From the NCBI GenBank assembly GCA_017623595.1, contig JAGAOU010000039.1, positions 6,538 to 70,537 on the forward strand: 64,000 bases of DNA. The letters run 5' to 3'. The DNA is from Clostridia bacterium. Its GTDB lineage: Bacteria; Bacillota; Clostridia; Oscillospirales; UBA644. Positions 34,059 to 45,006 of the stretch are shown here, piece after piece. The notes beneath the pieces were generated by a model, which was not told where the DNA came from, did not search any database, and saw only the letters and a program-made list of their open reading frames with translations. Numbering within the stretch: position 1 is the first letter of the stretch; each line of letters opens with the position of its first letter. The translations under genes and the position numbers were made by a program.

Positions 34059-34880
34059 TCAATTAAAAATGGGGAAAAGGTTCATCATCAGCCAAACGAA
34101 GGGAGCGACAAACCAGATCGAGTCGAAGCGATCCATAATGCCGCCGTGTCCGGGAATCAGCGTTCCGTAATCCTTCACCTTGTAGTGGCGCTTGATCAGG
34201 GATGCGGTCAGGTCTCCCAAAATGGAGATCAGTGTTCCCAGCAGGGCATAGACAATGACCACCCAATAGTTGGCCGAGGCATCCGAAAAACGGTCCACCA
34301 GCCAGGCATAGAGATAGGTGATTCCTACGCAAAGTACCAGTCCGCCCAGCGCTCCTTCCACGGTTTTCTTGGGAGAGATGACGGGCGCCAGCTTATGTTT
34401 TCCGAAGGCGGAGCCGCACAGATAGGCACCCGTGTCGGGGACCCAGGCCAAAACAAAAATCAGAATCAGATGCCACAGTCCCTGAACTCCTTCCCGCACC
34501 AAAACGATGGCAGAGAAGAAATAGGAAACAATCAGGGTCATCATCAACGCAAACATCAGATCGTTGAAGGCAATGTTTTCATATCTTCTCAGATAATATG
34601 TAAACATGCCGAGAATCAGCAAAAAGGAGGCAAGCGTCAGCCAACTGCGATAGTCGGGAATGACCGAATAGGAGCAGAAGACAAAGCCTGCCGCAAAAAG
34701 AACGGCGCCCGCCGTCAGCCCCTTGTGTTTGGCGATTCCGCCCGCTTTCAGCATTTCGTACATGCCCATGGCGGCAATGAGCGCCATGATGGAGTTCAGT
34801 ACGAAGGGTATGCCCGAAAGGGCAACGGCGATCAGCATCAAAAGGGTGATGATTGGGCCGGAAATAGTTCTGATCAACAT
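34059..34880 (-). CDS. cdsA: phosphatidate cytidylyltransferase
   Basis: 273 aa and polytopic. C-terminal signature SLIKRHYKVKDYGTLIPGHGGIMDRFDS. Confidence 0.9.
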   Translation of the reverse strand: MLIRTISGPIITLLMLIAVALSGIPFVLNSIMALIAAMGMYEMLKAGGIAKHKGLTAGAVLFAAGFVFCSYSVIPDYRSWLTLASFLLILGMFTYYLRRYENIAFNDLMFALMMTLIVSYFFSAIVLVREGVQGLWHLILIFVLAWVPDTGAYLCGSAFGKHKLAPVISPKKTVEGALGGLVLCVGITYLYAWLVDRFSDASANYWVVIVYALLGTLISILGDLTASLIKRHYKVKDYGTLIPGHGGIMDRFDSIWFVAPFVWLMMNLFPIFN

Positions 34881-34912
34881 GATAGGATTCCTCTTTCGTC
34901 CGATATATGGGT

Positions 34913-35626
34913 TCAGGCGTTTCCGCCGAATTTTCGAGTACGCGCCTCATAGGCGTCCAATGCCAGATCCAGCCGTTCTCCGTCAAAATCGGGCCAATAG
35001 CAAGGATCTGAGTAATATTCCGAATAGGATGTTTGCCACAGAAGGAAGTTTGAAATCCGCATTTCTCCTCCCGTGCGCACGATCAGGTCGGGATCGGGCT
35101 GCCCGGCGGTATAGAGCCGTTGTGCAATGTCCTGCTCTGTGATCTGTGTAACCCCTTCCGCGAGAGCTCGGTTGACTGCCTGCACGATGTCTGCCCGTCC
35201 GCCGTAATTGAGGGCAATGTTCATGTGCATCCGGATCTCTTTTTCGTCCGAGAGCCGTTCGATGCGTTCCACGCGGCGGCGAAAATCATTGTTGAAGGGA
35301 GTCAGATCTCCGATGAAGCGAACCTGAGTGTGGTGGTATACATCCTTTTCCGAGGATTGCCACCGCTGATAAAGTTTATCCAGATAATGGGAAAATAATG
35401 TCATCAGTGCGGAAACCTCCGCAGGGGGACGGGTCCAGTTTTCGGTGGAAAAGGCATAAAAGGTGATATGACGGATTCCGCGGGCATAGCATTCCTCCAC
35501 GATCCGTTCCATGGCATCCGCACCTGCCTTGTGGCCCTGGGGTGCGGTTTTTCCTTTTTCTTTCGCCCAACGGCGATTTCCGTCCATGATAAAGCCGATA
35601 TGGGTCGGCAAATTGGTTCGGTTCAA
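34913..35626 (-). CDS. uppS: isoprenyl transferase (undecaprenyl-diphosphate synthase family)
   Basis: HIGFIMDGNRRWA, ITFYAFSTENW, RTGGEMRISNFLLWQ. TTG start 35626 lies 6 nt after RBS GGGAGA. Confidence 0.93.
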   Translation of the reverse strand: MNRTNLPTHIGFIMDGNRRWAKEKGKTAPQGHKAGADAMERIVEECYARGIRHITFYAFSTENWTRPPAEVSALMTLFSHYLDKLYQRWQSSEKDVYHHTQVRFIGDLTPFNNDFRRRVERIERLSDEKEIRMHMNIALNYGGRADIVQAVNRALAEGVTQITEQDIAQRLYTAGQPDPDLIVRTGGEMRISNFLLWQTSYSEYYSDPCYWPDFDGERLDLALDAYEARTRKFGGNA

Positions 35627-35677
35627 ATCGGTTTCTCCCTTAAAAGCTTTGTTTTATCCTTTGCTTGCATAATCGGA

Positions 35678-35709
35678 ACCGTTGCCGCAGGTTGGTTTGC
35701 GGCAACGGT
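35678..35709 (-). other. 12-bp perfect hairpin in the frr-uppS spacer (possible attenuator or processing site)
   Basis: AACCGTTGCCGCA (35677..35689) / TGCGGCAACGGT (35698..35709), 8-nt loop, no clear U-tract on the minus strand. Confidence 0.4.
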
Positions 35710-35732
35710 CGGCTTGCACTTTGTTCAAAAAA

Positions 35733-36287
35733 TCAGACGGTCAGGATTTCCTTTTCCTTTGCGGCGCTGATGGCGTCCAGCTCTTTGCAGAACTTATCGG
35801 TCATGTCCTGAATGTCCTTTTCGGCGTTCTTCAGATCGTCCTCGGTGATTTCGCTCTTCTTCTTCTGAGCCTTGAAGGTTTCAAGGGCATCTCTGCGGAT
35901 GGAGCGAATGGCAACCTTGGAGGCCTCGCACATCTTACGGATGTCTTTGACGATCTCTTTACGACGATCTTCGGTGAGGGGAGGGAAGGCCAAGCGGATC
36001 ATACGGCCGTCGTTCTGAGGATGGATGCCCAGATCAGAGACCTGAATCGCCTTTTCGATGGTCTTCAGAAGAGAAGAGTCGTAGGGTTGAATGACGAGGA
36101 TCTTACCCTCTTGGACGGAGATGGTAGCCACCTGATTGATGGGAGTTTTTACGCCCCAATAATCGACGGAGATCTTGTCGAGGACCGCCACGTTGGCCGT
36201 GGAAGCTCGGATTGCGGCGTAGTCGTTCTGCAACGCCTGACGGGTTTTTTCCATTTTGGTGTTGGTTTCTTGGTATTGGGGTTTCAT
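35733..36287 (-). CDS. frr: ribosome recycling factor
   Basis: 184 aa with an RRF-like sequence (IRASTANVAVLDKISVDYWG, PPLTEDRRKEIVK). RBS GGAGGA. Confidence 0.95.
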   Translation of the reverse strand: MKPQYQETNTKMEKTRQALQNDYAAIRASTANVAVLDKISVDYWGVKTPINQVATISVQEGKILVIQPYDSSLLKTIEKAIQVSDLGIHPQNDGRMIRLAFPPLTEDRRKEIVKDIRKMCEASKVAIRSIRRDALETFKAQKKKSEITEDDLKNAEKDIQDMTDKFCKELDAISAAKEKEILTV

Positions 36288-36333
36288 GTTAGATTCCTCC
36301 GTTTATAGATATTTATTTCATTCGCTTGCTGAT

Positions 36334-37041
36334 TTATACGTTGATAACGGTGCCCACATTGTTCCCGCAGAGGGCTTCGGCAATGCTCTCGCCCTTGCCC
36401 AGACTGAAGAGCAGGACGGGCATATTCTTTTCCATACAGAGAGATGCGGCCGTCAGATCGATGACACCCAGCTTCTTGTCGAGGATCTCGGAATAGGTGA
36501 TCACGTCGAATTTCTTTGCGTCGGCATACTTATGGGGATCTTTGTCATAAACCCCGTCCACCGCCTTTGCCATCAGGGCGATATCCGCACCGATTTCGAT
36601 GGCGCGCAGTGCGGCCGCCGTGTCGGTGGTGAAGAAGGGGCAACCGGTGCCGCCGCCGAAAATAACAATCTTACCCTCGTTGAGGTATTTGTCTGCCAAA
36701 TCTTTGGTATAGGTTTCGCATACTTGGGGCATTGCCACCGCAGAGAGTACCTTTGCCTCCGCACCGACGGAACGGAAAAGCTCCGACAGAGCAATGGCGT
36801 TCATGTTGGTTGCAAGCATACCCATCTGATCTGCTTTGACGGGATCCATATCGGAGCCCTGACGGCCTCTCCAGAAGTTGCCGGCGCCGCACACAATGGC
36901 AATCTGTGCACCGCATTCCAGACATTTGACAATGTTGCGGCAAACTTCGGTGGCTGTTTCAAAATCAATTCCGTGGCCGAGATTTCCCGAAAGTGCTTCT
37001 CCGCTGAGCTTGACCAGGGCGCGTTTGTATTTCGTTTCCAT
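36334..37041 (-). CDS. pyrH: UMP kinase
   Basis: YKRALVKLSGEAL, GAGNFWRG, GGGTGCPFFTTDTAAALRA. RBS GGGAGGA. Confidence 0.95.
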   Translation of the reverse strand: METKYKRALVKLSGEALSGNLGHGIDFETATEVCRNIVKCLECGAQIAIVCGAGNFWRGRQGSDMDPVKADQMGMLATNMNAIALSELFRSVGAEAKVLSAVAMPQVCETYTKDLADKYLNEGKIVIFGGGTGCPFFTTDTAAALRAIEIGADIALMAKAVDGVYDKDPHKYADAKKFDVITYSEILDKKLGVIDLTAASLCMEKNMPVLLFSLGKGESIAEALCGNNVGTVINV

Positions 37042-37139
37042 GGGGTTCCTCCCGAATCATACTTTTATTCTCTATAATTTTACTATAAAATAAACGATTT
37101 GTAAAGAGGGAAAACGAAAATAATATACTTTTTTCGAAT

Positions 37140-38288
37140 TTATTTCCCGAAATCGAAGATTTTTCTTGAAGATCGGATCATTTCCTCGTATCTTCCCCCC
37201 GGTTCCGGCAGTGTCATGGCGAAAAATTCGTCTCCGCGCAGTTGTGCCCTGACCAGGGGATCCTCCGCTTGCTTCGGCGAAAGGGAGGAGCAGATCGGCA
37301 GCGTAGCCTCCTTTTTCATGCGGCGCAGAATCTCTTGCCCCCGTTCATTGAAGGCGAGCACCCGCAGATAGGTGATGGGCGGCAGATCGGCGGGAATCCT
37401 CAAATAGCCGCAAAGGATCGCGCGCCGCACGGCGGAATGAGGAAAACGTTTTGTTTTGACCCGATCGTAAAGCTCGGAAAGGGTTTTTGCATCACAGAAT
37501 TTTTCGATGCGTTCCGCCATTCCTTCGCGCATCCCGTAAAACCCTTTCCATTCTTCGGTGGGTGTTGTTCGGTAATAGGCAAGAATTGCCCGTTCCAGTC
37601 TTATAATGTCTGCTAAGGGGGCATCCTTGATCTGTTCATAAGAGCCTTCCGGAAGGGCGCTTTGGATTGCTTCCCCCAGACGCAATCTGCGGCGGATGGA
37701 TTCCGCGCTTTCAAATCCTTCTTCGTTCTGTCCGTGGTAGGAGCCCTTTCGCTCAATGGCAAGCAGGGGAATCTGCGGCGCAATGCGGTCCAGGGCCTTT
37801 CGGTAGGCAATTGCCAGAACGTCATTCGGTTCTTCGCTCCAGGCTTCTCCCAATTCTGTTACGGCGGCCTTGCATGCGGCGGGATAAGAAAGTCCTTCCT
37901 TCATTTTTGCTCCGATGCGCCCTTCTTCTTCGGCGTAGCAGAGGGCTTGATATTGTTTACGGTTTTTCTCCTCGCCGCTTTCACATCCGCAACAGACGGC
38001 ATCTATTGCTCCCGTGGCAGTCAGCACCGTGATTCCACCCCGTGCAAAATCTTCTGCCGAGGCCAAGGCGTAGGGAAGCGGTAACTCAATCACTAAATCC
38101 ACCCCCGAAGCCACCGCTCCCGCTGCCCTTCGGTATTTGTCTGTCAGGGCAGTGTCGGCGCGTTGCACGAAATTTCCGCTCATTGCCGCGATGATCCCTT
38201 CGTAGCCCATTTCCCGCAGACGGTCACATTGGTGTTGATGTCCTTTGTGAAAGGGGTTGTATTCCGCAACAATTCCCGCAATTTTCAT
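37140..38288 (-). CDS. tmcAL: tRNA(Met) cytidine acetate ligase (nucleotidyltransferase, UPF0348/YlbM family)
   Basis: The N-terminus MKIAGIVAEYNPFHKGHQHQ is the family hallmark (HxGH-type). 382 aa. RBS AAGGAGG. Confidence 0.8.
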   Translation of the reverse strand: MKIAGIVAEYNPFHKGHQHQCDRLREMGYEGIIAAMSGNFVQRADTALTDKYRRAAGAVASGVDLVIELPLPYALASAEDFARGGITVLTATGAIDAVCCGCESGEEKNRKQYQALCYAEEEGRIGAKMKEGLSYPAACKAAVTELGEAWSEEPNDVLAIAYRKALDRIAPQIPLLAIERKGSYHGQNEEGFESAESIRRRLRLGEAIQSALPEGSYEQIKDAPLADIIRLERAILAYYRTTPTEEWKGFYGMREGMAERIEKFCDAKTLSELYDRVKTKRFPHSAVRRAILCGYLRIPADLPPITYLRVLAFNERGQEILRRMKKEATLPICSSLSPKQAEDPLVRAQLRGDEFFAMTLPEPGGRYEEMIRSSRKIFDFGK

Positions 38289-38337
38289 AACAAAGGCCTC
38301 CTTTTTCGAAATAAAACGTAAAAAAATGTAAAATCTC

Positions 38338-38366
38338 TTGCTTTTCGGGGCAAAAAGGATTATAAT
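38338..38366 (+). promoter_or_regulatory. SigA-type promoter of ackA
   Basis: -35 TTGCTT (38338..38343), 17-bp spacer, -10 TATAAT (38361..38366). Confidence 0.55.
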
Positions 38367-38431
38367 AAATCCCGTATGACCATTATACTACAAAGTTGAA
38401 AAAAAATCAAGATAGAGAAAGGCGTAAAATT

Positions 38432-39667
38432 ATGAAGATTTTAGTCATCAACGCAGGAAGTTCTTCTCTGAAGTACCAACTCTTCGACATGGAAAACGAA
38501 GAAGTTATCGCTAAGGGCAATTGTGACCGCATCGGCATTGACGGCGTGTTTACCTACAAAGCCCCCGCAAAGAATGTGGCTGTGGAAAAGCAGGTCGCTT
38601 TCCCCAACCATACCGTGGCCGCCAATAAGGTTCTGGAAACTTTGGTGGATCCCGAAATCGGCGTAATCTCCGATATTTCCGAAATCGGTGCCGCAGGTCA
38701 CCGTATTGTTCACGGCGGAAGCTTCTTTATGGAAGCCACCCTTGTGGACAGTGATGAAGTGATTGAAAAGATCGAAGCCTGCAAGACCCTTGCTCCTCTT
38801 CATGCCATTCCCAATGCCGCCGGTATTCGTGCCTGCCGTGAAGCTATGCCCAACATTCCCCATGTTGCCGTGTTCGATACTGCATTCCATTCCACCATGC
38901 CCGACGTTGCAAAGACCTACTCTCTGCCCCGCGAGCTGTGTGAAAAGTACAGCATCAAGCGTTACGGTGCTCACGGTACCTCTCATAAGTACGTTTCTCA
39001 GAAGACCGCCGAATTCCTCGGTAAGAAGCCCGAAGAACTGAAGATGGTTACCCTCCACCTGGGCAATGGCTCCTCCATCACCGCCATTGACAAAGGCCGT
39101 TGTGTGGACACCTCTATGGGGCTGACTCCCCTTGCAGGACCTCTTATGGGCACCCGTTGCGGTTCCGTTGACCCCGCCATCGTTCCCCTGCTTTTGGATA
39201 ATGAACTGGTCAAGGACGAAAAGACCGGTGAAATGCGCCACATGAACGGTACCGAACTGAATGCCATCATGAATAAGAAGTCCGGTGTTTATGCCGTTTC
39301 CGGCGGATACAGCGACTTCCGTGATCTGGAAAACCGTTCCGACGAAGGGGACGAAAGAAGTGCTTTGGCTCTGGATATGTTTGCTTATCAGTGCAAGCAG
39401 ATTATGGCCGGCTATATTGCCATCCTCGGTGGTGTTGATTGCATCGTCTTCACCGCAGGTATCGGTGAAAACGGTCCCCGTACCCGTTCCAAGATCTGCA
39501 GCGGTCTGCTGGAGCCCCTGGGCATCGAACTGGACGAGGTCGCCAACGATTGCAAGGGCATTGCCCGTGACATCACCGGCAAAAATTCCAAGGTCAAGGT
39601 TCTGGTGATCCCCACAAACGAAGAGCTGATGATCGCCAAGGAAACCCTCGCCGTCGCTTCTAAGTAA
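38432..39667 (+). CDS. ackA: acetate kinase
   Basis: MKILVINAGSSSLKYQLF and HRIVHGG motifs. Start ATG 38432; the ORF-track TTG 38396 extension is not supported. Confidence 0.95.
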   Translation: MKILVINAGSSSLKYQLFDMENEEVIAKGNCDRIGIDGVFTYKAPAKNVAVEKQVAFPNHTVAANKVLETLVDPEIGVISDISEIGAAGHRIVHGGSFFMEATLVDSDEVIEKIEACKTLAPLHAIPNAAGIRACREAMPNIPHVAVFDTAFHSTMPDVAKTYSLPRELCEKYSIKRYGAHGTSHKYVSQKTAEFLGKKPEELKMVTLHLGNGSSITAIDKGRCVDTSMGLTPLAGPLMGTRCGSVDPAIVPLLLDNELVKDEKTGEMRHMNGTELNAIMNKKSGVYAVSGGYSDFRDLENRSDEGDERSALALDMFAYQCKQIMAGYIAILGGVDCIVFTAGIGENGPRTRSKICSGLLEPLGIELDEVANDCKGIARDITGKNSKVKVLVIPTNEELMIAKETLAVASK

Positions 39668-39684
39668 TTATTTACAGTCTCAAG

Positions 39685-39716
39685 TCCGCAGAGTGTATGC
39701 TCTGCGGGCTTTTTGC
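39685..39716 (+). terminator. Intrinsic terminator of ackA
   Basis: CCGCAGAG (39686..39693) / CTCTGCGG (39700..39707), followed by GCTTTTT. Confidence 0.7.
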
Positions 39717-39774
39717 ATATTTTCGGTTCCTTTTGCGGAAACTATGAAAAATTCATCCGTGAAAGGTGCTTTTT

Positions 39775-40416
39775 ATGGCCGTCGCATTGATTCGAACCGT
39801 AATTCTTTACATCCTTACCGTGACGGCTATCCGTTGCATGGGCAAGCGTCAACTGGGAGAACTGGAGCCCACGGAATTTGTGATCACTCTTCTGATTTCC
39901 GATTTGGCCACGTTGTGCATGCAGGATTTGGAGATGCCTTTGGTATACAGTGTGATTCCCATGGTTACATTGGTTTTGTTGGAGATTTTGTTCTCCTTTC
40001 TGACGTTGAAAATTCCCTTTGTCAACCGTCTTCTCAGCGGGCGGTATGCGGTGCTGATTGATGATGGCAAAATCGATCAGAGGGAAATGTGCCGCTCACA
40101 GATGACGGTGGGGGAGTTGATGGAGGAATTGCGGCAGAAGGGGGTTATGGCGGTGGAGGATGTTAAATATTGCGTTTTGGAAACCGACGGAAAGGTTAGC
40201 GTCATTCCAAAGAAGGAAGCAACCCAAAAGACACTTCCCTTGATTCTTATCTCCGACGGTGTCCCTGTCAGAGAGAATTTGCGCCGTCGGGGGTTACAGG
40301 AATCTGATCTTCGCGAAATTTTGGAAAAAAGCGGATTTAGTGAGGAGAAATCGGTGTTTTTGCTCTATGAAATTGCGGGAAAATATACCTGCATCCCAAA
40401 GGAGGATCAACCATGA
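39775..40416 (+). CDS. DUF421 (YetF-like) membrane protein
   Basis: ...RTVILYILTVTAIRCMGKRQLGELEPTEFVITLLISDLA... is the YetF/DUF421 N-terminal signature. ATG 39775 lies 8 nt after GAAAGG. Confidence 0.8.
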   Translation: MAVALIRTVILYILTVTAIRCMGKRQLGELEPTEFVITLLISDLATLCMQDLEMPLVYSVIPMVTLVLLEILFSFLTLKIPFVNRLLSGRYAVLIDDGKIDQREMCRSQMTVGELMEELRQKGVMAVEDVKYCVLETDGKVSVIPKKEATQKTLPLILISDGVPVRENLRRRGLQESDLREILEKSGFSEEKSVFLLYEIAGKYTCIPKEDQP

Positions 40417-40826
40417 ACGGACGGGGGTTTGTCACATTGGCCGTTGCTGTGATTTTGCTGATCGGTGTGATTTCGGGACAAATTCTTTTGCATAACATTT
40501 CGACCGATCTTGCGGATTCCGCCGAAGAAATTTGTATTTTGATCGGTGAAGAACAAACCGAAGTGGGAGGGGAGAGGTTGAAGGCTCTCTCCGATCATTT
40601 TTTTCAACACAAAAAGCTACTGCTTCTCTTTCTCAATGATTCCCGCATCCACGAAATCCAGCGTTCTCTCGCCCGTGCTCAACGGTTGGCGGAGGACGGG
40701 GATTGGTCTCCTGCCCTGGAAGCCTTGAGCGATTTTTCCACTGCCCTGCGGGAATTGGCGGAAACCCATCACCCTACCTGGGAAAATGTGCTTAAAATTC
40801 ATGAATCTTTCGGAATTGCGTCTTGA
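40413..40826 (+). CDS. DUF4363-like small membrane-anchored protein
   Basis: ATGA overlap with the DUF421 gene. One N-terminal TM plus a helical domain. DUF421 and DUF4363 genes are commonly adjacent in Firmicutes. Confidence 0.65.
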   Translation: MNGRGFVTLAVAVILLIGVISGQILLHNISTDLADSAEEICILIGEEQTEVGGERLKALSDHFFQHKKLLLLFLNDSRIHEIQRSLARAQRLAEDGDWSPALEALSDFSTALRELAETHHPTWENVLKIHESFGIAS

Positions 40827-40851
40827 CAATCCTACGAGAATGTTGTATAAT
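40823..40851 (+). promoter_or_regulatory. SigA-type promoter of galK
   Basis: -35 TTGACA (40823..40828, containing the TGA stop of the upstream gene), 17-bp spacer, -10 TATAAT (40846..40851). Confidence 0.6.
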
Positions 40852-40876
40852 AAATCCGTATACAGTCTAAGAAAGG

Positions 40877-42070
<1,194 letters not shown>

Positions 42071-42088
42071 AGTTCCGAAAATTACTAC

Positions 42089-42116
42089 TTGACATTTTGA
42101 AAATTTGTGGTATAAT
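42089..42116 (+). promoter_or_regulatory. SigA-type promoter of yceD-rpmF
   Basis: -35 TTGACA (42089..42094), 16-bp spacer, extended -10 TGgTATAAT (-10 at 42111..42116). Confidence 0.6.
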
Positions 42117-42161
42117 ATATAAGTATGGCAATTTATGCCGATTTCGAAAGGGGTTTCGACG

Positions 42162-42590
42162 ATGAAGTTTTTGGATATTAACGATTTCAGCCGTCGGGAC
42201 GGAGACAGCCTTCTCTTTGACGAGGTTCTGGATCTTTCCGGGAGCGATCCCGTCTTTTCCGAAGCCCGCATCTGCGGTAAGCTTCGTAATGTTGTCGGTG
42301 TAATGACTTTTCGCGCCACGGTTACGGGTCTGTGCTCCGCCGTGTGTGACCGTTGTCTGGAACCCGCACTCCTTCCGTTGGAAGTTGAGTTGAACACTGT
42401 ACTTACGTTGGAATCCTCTGAAGATGATTCCGTGACGGTGGAGGGTGGAAAGATCAATCTGGATAAAACGGTATACGATGCACTGCTCCTTGCCCTTCCT
42501 TTCAAGATTCTTTGCAAAGAAGATTGCCTCGGTTTATGTCCTTCCTGCGGGAAGAATCTTAACGACGGGGACTATGGCTGCAGTAACTGA
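42162..42590 (+). CDS. yceD: YceD/DUF177 family protein (23S rRNA accumulation protein)
   Basis: It lies immediately upstream of rpmF, as in most bacteria. C-terminal CxxxCxGLCPxCG motif (KEDCLGLCPSCGKNLN). ATG 42162 lies 8 nt after GAAAGGGG. Confidence 0.8.
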   Translation: MKFLDINDFSRRDGDSLLFDEVLDLSGSDPVFSEARICGKLRNVVGVMTFRATVTGLCSAVCDRCLEPALLPLEVELNTVLTLESSEDDSVTVEGGKINLDKTVYDALLLALPFKILCKEDCLGLCPSCGKNLNDGDYGCSN

Positions 42591-42628
42591 GTTTTTAATT
42601 TGATATCGGAAACAGGAGGTGTCCACCA

Positions 42629-42823
42629 ATGATCGCACCGAAGAAAAAGGTCTCGAAACAGAGAAAGCATAAGAGACGTTCCAGCGTTTGGAAGCTCGAT
42701 ATGCCCGGCATGGTTAAATGCCCCAACTGCGGCGAATACGTTCTTTCTCACCGTGTTTGCAAAGCTTGCGGCTACTATGACGGTAAGCAGGTTCTGAAAA
42801 TGAACAACGAAGAGGCGAAGTAA
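42629..42823 (+). CDS. rpmF: 50S ribosomal protein L32 (Cys4 zinc-ribbon form)
   Basis: [16 protein letters not shown]...[31 protein letters not shown]. Confidence 0.9.
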   Translation: MIAPKKKVSKQRKHKRRSSVWKLDMPGMVKCPNCGEYVLSHRVCKACGYYDGKQVLKMNNEEAK

Positions 42824-42844
42824 TTTCACCTCAATCAATTCGAG

Positions 42845-42894
42845 GGGGAAACATCGATTTCTTCGCAGGAAGAACGGTGTTTCTCCGCCGTTTT
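42845..42894 (+). terminator. Probable terminator after rpmF
   Basis: The outer stem GGGGAAACA (42845..42853) / TGTTTCTCC (42878..42886) encloses a small inner hairpin. TTTT follows 4 nt later. Confidence 0.4.
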
Positions 42895-42923
42895 GTACCT
42901 AAAAACAGAAAGGAAGACAGATT

Positions 42924-43673
42924 ATGCGTCTTTTGATCGTGCGCCACGGAGCGCCGAATTATGAGAAAGATACTCTGACCGAGCAGGGTTGGAAGGAAGC
43001 CGAGCTTTTGGCTCCCCACCTTGTCCGTATGAAGCCCGATCATATCTGTCTTTCAATCTTTGGCCGTGCCCAGGATACGGCAAAAAGGACTCTGGAATTG
43101 ACCGGCATTGTCCCCGAAATTTTTGACTGGCTCTGCGAATACGACGCACCCATGCTCCCTCCCTTTGACAAAACAAGGTGGCATTCCGATCCGAAAATTT
43201 GGACAGCCGACCCTCAGTGGCGCAGTGCCGATTGGAAGGAAAGCCCTGTGTTTAAGGATAGCGAATTTTTGCGCATCTATGAACAGGATCAAGCGGGCCT
43301 GGATGCCTATCTTGCAAAGCACGGATATGTGCGCGATGGTATGCTTTGGCACGTGTCGGAAGAATTTTACGATGTGAATGAAACTATAGTTTTCTTCTGT
43401 CATCTTGGGCGTGCCGTCACCCTTTTGTCTCAGTTGTTGGATATGCCCTGGCTGACTGCCGCTCATCAGTTCTGGATTCCCACATCCTCTGTGACCGAAA
43501 TTATTTTTGAGCGCTCCCGCTTTGATCGCAGTATTGCCATCCCTCGGGTCGCTCGTCTGTCTGACGTCTCCCATCTGGAGGAGGCTGGCTTGCCCCGCTG
43601 TAATTCCGGATTTATGATGCCCGTGGACGGTTATACCCGAGCCTCCGATCCTTCGGTTCAGCTGGCTCAATAA
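42924..43673 (+). CDS. histidine phosphatase (phosphoglycerate-mutase-like) family protein
   Basis: The N-terminus LLIVRHGAPNYEKDTLTEQG contains the RHG catalytic motif. RBS AAAGGAAG. Confidence 0.8.
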   Translation: MRLLIVRHGAPNYEKDTLTEQGWKEAELLAPHLVRMKPDHICLSIFGRAQDTAKRTLELTGIVPEIFDWLCEYDAPMLPPFDKTRWHSDPKIWTADPQWRSADWKESPVFKDSEFLRIYEQDQAGLDAYLAKHGYVRDGMLWHVSEEFYDVNETIVFFCHLGRAVTLLSQLLDMPWLTAAHQFWIPTSSVTEIIFERSRFDRSIAIPRVARLSDVSHLEEAGLPRCNSGFMMPVDGYTRASDPSVQLAQ

Positions 43674-43687
43674 TTATATGAAGGAAT

Positions 43688-44992
43688 ATGCATATGGCGC
43701 TGATCACTCATGTGGATAAAAGCAGTCCATTCCGTAAAAAGATTCTTGTCGGCGATGATCTGATTGCCGTGAACGGGGTTGCAATTCGGGATTTTCTGGA
43801 CTATATGTATCAAACCGCTTTGGGCGTGACCGATGTAACGGTGCGTCGGGAAGGAAAGATCGTTCACGAAATTCTTTCCGAGCCCACCGACGAACCCGGT
43901 CTTGATTTCGAAAACTATCTGATGGACCAACAGCGGTCCTGTAAAAATAAATGTATTTTCTGCTTCATCGATCAGCTTCCCGAGCATATGCGGGAAACTA
44001 TGTATTATAAGGATGACGATTTTCGCCTCTCCCTTCTGTACGGCAATTATGTCACCCTCACCAATATGACCGATGAGGATCTGGACCGCATTGTGGATAT
44101 GCGGGTTTCACCCTTCAATGTTTCGGTTCACACCACCAATCCCGAGCTGCGGGTGAAAATGATGAAAAATCCCGCCGCCGCCAAGGTCTTTGATCACATG
44201 AAGCGCTTTCGGGATGCGGAGATTAACATGCGGGCTCAGATCGTTCTTTGCCCCGATTGGAACGATGGGGAAGAGCTGGATCGTACCCTTGAGGATCTGA
44301 AAACCCTTCATCCCCAGCTTTCCAGCATTTCTGTGGTTCCCGTGGGCTTGACCCGCCATCGGGAAGGGCTGGAGCCTTTGCGGTGCTTTACCCCTGAGGA
44401 ATGTGGCGCCGTGATCGATCAGGTGGAACGTTTTGCCGACCGTTGTCAAGCCCAATTCGGCACCCGATTGGTCTGGTGCTCCGATGAGTTGTATCTGAAA
44501 GCAGGCCGCCCCATTCCCACCTTTGATTCCTATGAGGAATTCGAGCAGATGGAAAACGGTGTGGGTATGATTGCATCCTTTGAGCAGGAATTGGAGGATT
44601 TGCTTTCCTTTATGGACGAGCCCTTCCGCCGTCCCATCCGTGTTTCTTCCGTGACTGGCCTCATTACACAGGATCTCATGAACCGTGCTGTGATCCGCCT
44701 GCAGGAGAAATATACCGATCTGCAATGCACCGTTTACGGTATCCGAAATGACTTTTTCGGACATGATGTTACCGTGACGGGGTTGGTTACCGGGCAGGAT
44801 ATTATAGCGCAGCTGCAGGGAAAATCCTTGGGTGATTATCTGATCGTTCCCGATGTTATGCTGCGGGACAATAAATTTTTAGATGACGTTTCGGTGAAGG
44901 ACGTGGAACACGCTCTTAAGGTGAAAATCCGCGTTGCCGAAGCGGGCCCCGAAGGCTTTGCGGATGCCTTGATGCGTTCCGCCCGCCGCTGA
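43688..44992 (+). CDS. DUF512 protein (PDZ plus radical-SAM-like domain, conserved partner of der in Firmicutes)
   Basis: PDZ-like N-terminus (GDDLIAVNGVAIRDFLDYMY), a CKNKCIFCF cysteine motif, and its position directly upstream of der. ATG 43694 has better RBS spacing than 43688. Confidence 0.8.
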   Translation: MHMALITHVDKSSPFRKKILVGDDLIAVNGVAIRDFLDYMYQTALGVTDVTVRREGKIVHEILSEPTDEPGLDFENYLMDQQRSCKNKCIFCFIDQLPEHMRETMYYKDDDFRLSLLYGNYVTLTNMTDEDLDRIVDMRVSPFNVSVHTTNPELRVKMMKNPAAAKVFDHMKRFRDAEINMRAQIVLCPDWNDGEELDRTLEDLKTLHPQLSSISVVPVGLTRHREGLEPLRCFTPEECGAVIDQVERFADRCQAQFGTRLVWCSDELYLKAGRPIPTFDSYEEFEQMENGVGMIASFEQELEDLLSFMDEPFRRPIRVSSVTGLITQDLMNRAVIRLQEKYTDLQCTVYGIRNDFFGHDVTVTGLVTGQDIIAQLQGKSLGDYLIVPDVMLRDNKFLDDVSVKDVEHALKVKIRVAEAGPEGFADALMRSARR

Positions 44993-45006
44993 AAGGAGGT
45001 TGTTTT

